A stretch of 64,000 bases of DNA from Octopus bimaculoides (taxonomy: Eukaryota). Position numbers and translations under genes: made by a program. This document shows, piece by piece, positions 60,616 to 64,000 of this stretch (position 1 is its first letter; every line of letters starts with the position of its first letter). The stretch spans positions 10,100,184 to 10,164,183 of the forward strand of contig NC_068982.1 in NCBI RefSeq assembly GCF_001194135.2. Direction: 5' to 3'. The notes beneath the pieces are model-generated. The model was not told the origin of the DNA. It saw nothing but the letters and a program-made list of their open reading frames with translations, and searched no databases.

Positions 60616-61150
60616 GTAGCTTTTAAAGATTTCGAGTATAGAAAGTAGATATCGACTATACAATCATGTCGGGTATACAAATCTATTTCTAGTAGCTTTT
60701 AAAGATTTCGAGTATAGAAAGTAGATTTCGACTATACAATCATGTCGGGTATACAAATCTATTTCTAGTAGCTTTTAAAGATTTCGAGTATAGAAAGTAG
60801 ATTTCGACTATACAATCATGTCGGGTATACAAATCTATTTCTAGTAGCTTTTAAAGATTTCGAGTATAGAAAGTAGATTTCGACTATACAATCATGTCGG
60901 GTATACAAATCTATTTCTAGTAGCTTTTAAAGATTTCGAGTATAGAAAGTAGATTTCGACTATACAATCATGTCGGGTATACAAATCTACTTCTAGTAGC
61001 TTTTAAAGATTTCGAGTATAGAAAGTAGATTTCGACTATACAATCATGTCGGGTATACAAATCTATTTCTAGTAGCTTTCAAAGGTTTCGTGTATACAAA
61101 GGTACTGGGTATATAAAGATTTTTCGTGTATACAAAGATATCGGGTATGC
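60616..61150 (+). repeat. 76-bp minisatellite (6 near-identical copies) grading into ~17-bp monomers
   Basis: GTAGCTTTT at 60616, 60692, 60768, 60844, 60920, 60996, degenerate at 61072. Confidence 0.95.
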
Positions 61151-62544
61151 AAAGTAGTAGCAGTACTCAGATGATGATGAGGAAGAAGAAGAGCAGGAGC
61201 AGGAGCAGGAAGAGCATGGGGTAGACGGTGTTCATAATTCATACTAGTGTATCGCCAACTTTTGGCCAGTTTTTTTACCAGTTTTGACCAGTTTTTGTTT
61301 ATCCCGAACTCAGCCATATTTAACCGAACGTACCCATGATAAGAATGTTCCAGACGAAAGCTTCCCATCCTCACGTATAACTTATGGCAACATCATTCAA
61401 AGTGATCCCTTTTCTCCCACGACGGTTGGTGTGAATGGAAGAAACCTGGGTGCTGTTTCTTAAAATTCGAGCTCCCTACTGTCTAGCTGCTCGTTCCTTG
61501 CTTTTCTGTCCCATCGGGTGCGGAAGTAGGAAGTTGCAAAGATCACGACTATTCGTCTCTTTCCGACTAAATAATGAAATACCAGACGACAACACAAAAT
61601 CATCTGATTATTAAATGTTTACAAGCAACCTTTCATTACAGCGATGTAATAAACCAGTCTTACTAGAACCAATATGGCCATATTAATACGGATGGCGGTG
61701 GCGGTGGTAATGATGCAGATGAAGGTGTTGGTAGCGGTGACGATGTTGTTTTTGATGCTTTTTTGCTTTCTTTCTTTCTTTCCTTTTTTTTTTTTGCAAA
61801 CACTTGGTTTGGAAGAATAATGTATAAAACTTTCTTGTTTCAGTCAATTTTCTAACTATTTTGTCGTACTCATAAATTATTTAATTACCTCGTTAGCGTT
61901 ATTGATTGGTCATTCAGTTACTTGCTTGGTTGCTTGTATTAGACACACACGCGCGCGCACACACACATGTACAAGTTCACCCAGACTGATAGTGCCTCTA
62001 TGTGTATATATGCGTATGTGTATATATGCGTATGTGTATGTATTTATGTATTTATACACGTATGTATATATATGAGTATCTCTCTCTCCCTCTCTCCCTC
62101 TCTCTCTCTCTATATATATATATGTATGTATATATGTATATATATACATCTATATATATATATATATATATNNNNNNNNNNNNNNNNNNNNNNNNNNNNN
62201 NNNNNNNNNNNNNNNNNNNNNNNNNNNNNNNNNNNNNNNNNNNNNNNNNNNNNNNNNNNNNNNNNNNNNNNNNNNNNNNNNNNNNNNNNNNNNNNNNNNN
62301 NNNNNNNNNNNNNNNNNNNNNNNNNNNNNNNNNNNNNNNNNNNNNNNNNNNNNNNNNNNNNNNNNNNNNNNNNNNNNNNNNNNNNNNNNNNNNNNNNNNN
62401 NNNNNNNNNNNNNNNNNNNNNNNNNNNNNNNNNNNNNNNNNNNNNNNNNNNNNNNNNNNNNNNNNNNNNNNNNNNNNNNNNNNNNNNNNNNNNNNNNNNN
62501 NNNNNNNNNNNNNNNNNNNNNNNNNNNNNNNNNNNNNNNNNNNN

Positions 62545-62586
<42 letters not shown>

Positions 62587-63119
62587 GAGAGAGAGAGAGA
62601 GAGAAAAAAAGATAAATATATAAATTGAATAGATAGATGATAGATAGATAGATAGATCTGCTATAGACTTAGTACTGGGTAGAATTTTTTGACATATATT
62701 TTAATTATTAATTCAATTTTAAGTGCACTTATTAACTAATTAAAGCATAAATGTATTAGTGTGTGTATGCGTGTGTGTGCGTATGTGTGTGTGTGTGTGT
62801 GTGTGTATACAAATGAAGGTTTAACCATCACTCGCAAGCTTGTACCATGCTTTCGTTAATCGTTTTAGGTCTGTTTAGCTGCGAGCAGACACGGTCCTCT
62901 TCCTACCCATTCCTTACCTGATGAAAATCAATCAGTCTTGGAAATTGTGATTGACGACTCATGTTCAGCTTGTAAAGTATAGAAGTGCGTAAACACAGGG
63001 GAAGTGCATTGATAACTTGATTGTTAAGTATAAGAATCTGTGACTTGCGGTGAAGAGGTCAGGTGTGGATTGGAGAATCGTCAGTTTCAGATAAAGTACC
63101 TTATAATTTTACGTAAAAC

Positions 63120-63245
63120 TCATTAAGTGGCTGTGTGGTAAGAAGCTTGCTTCTCAACCACATGGTTCCAGGTTCAGTCCCACTGCGTACCTTCTGATTA
63201 TAGCTTCGGACCGACCACACCTTTTGAGTGGATATGGTAGACGTG
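63120..63245 (+). mobile_element. Family C SINE head
   Basis: GTGGCTGTGTGGTAAGAAGCTTGC..GGTAGACG. Confidence 0.75.
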
Positions 63246-63429
63246 CGCTCGCGCGTGTTTGCGCGTGTGTGTATGTGTGTGTGCGCGTTTTTTTTTATCT
63301 TACATTTGTTGCCGAATGTAATCCCGACTCCTTGAGCAAAGAAACTCACTGTACACATTGAAAGGCCATCAAACTAAAACCACCAGATTATTCACTTTCA
63401 AAATGAACTGAAATTGTGTGAGAAACCAA

Positions 63430-63665
63430 AATTAAGATACATGGGTGGTAATCATTCTCACGTTGACGATGCTCGCTTCAATACCTGTGATGTACGAGTC
63501 AAATCAATGCTTTACACTTCTTACAGGGATTGTAAACCAGGGATCATTCTCAAGAACTTTTCAAATCCCTTTTTTGATAATCCCTTGTGCTCCTACAATC
63601 ACTGATATTGTAACCGCCTTGAGATGCCACAGTTTTTCAGTGAGGAAATCTTAAATTTTCTGAGC
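63430..63665 (-). pseudogene. RLE-LINE C-terminal fragment
   Basis: EKLWHLKAVTISVIVGAQGIIKKG.EKFLRMIPGL. Confidence 0.75.
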
Positions 63666-63666
63666 T

Positions 63667-64000
63667 TATTATCATTATTATTATTATTTTATGTTTGACT
63701 TTTGTTTTGCATTTGTACAAGTTGGATCCAAGTCTCACCCAGAGACCTCAAGAGACAACAAGTTAGAAGTTCATGTAGGTGTTATGCCTAGGGTACCATA
63801 TATTTGTATTTGTACAGTTTTGTTCAAGTGAATGTTTAAGAAACCATAAGAAAATTATGTGTTTGCTTTAAAATTTGAGATCACATAGACAATATTTTAC
63901 GTAGGATATGGGCAGTTCCCATGAGCACTATCTTTTGAACTTCAGCCATTTTGGGGTTTCCTGGTATCTGAGCTAGGTAGTAATCAGCCCATTTCGCTGT
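63667..64000 (-). mobile_element. RLE-LINE 3' end with (AAT)n tail, continuing beyond the window
   Basis: Reverse complement of the 45110-45512 family (GTGCTCATGGGAACTGCCCATATC). Confidence 0.75.

Noticed and set aside
60616-61071. CRISPR-like array
   Set aside because: Units are contiguous and near-identical with no unique spacers, there are no cas genes, and the context is eukaryotic.

Overview
AT-rich eukaryotic (animal) genomic DNA with many N gaps, most of them next to microsatellites. The SINE/LINE complement, read by eye, points to a cephalopod, probably Octopus (inference; no database search). I found no intact protein-coding gene, rRNA, true tRNA or CRISPR array. Nearly every ORF in the track is a microsatellite, gap or SINE artefact, or a transposon relic. 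The window is a nested transposon landscape: at least four tRNA-derived SINE families, RTE, R4/Dong-type (RLE) and CR1/L2-like LINE fragments, mariner/Tc1/maT/pogo relics, two LTRs and several MITEs. Most notable observations: (1) a tRNA-headed SINE whose tail folds into a minimal type I hammerhead ribozyme and recurs as fold-back inverted pairs, suggesting a Pol III SINE mobilised by Penelope-like elements; (2) a separate 350-bp retrozyme-like unit with a near-intact hammerhead; (3) two Merlin-like MITE families (GG termini, 8-bp TSD) carrying internal telomeric repeats, one copy with a template-switch telomeric palindrome; (4) a Gypsy-type LTR with a seven-unit heat-shock element array 30 bp upstream of a TATA box; (5) a CpG-decay boundary near 32-33 kb, implying the left half is a methylated gene body whose exons I could not resolve.
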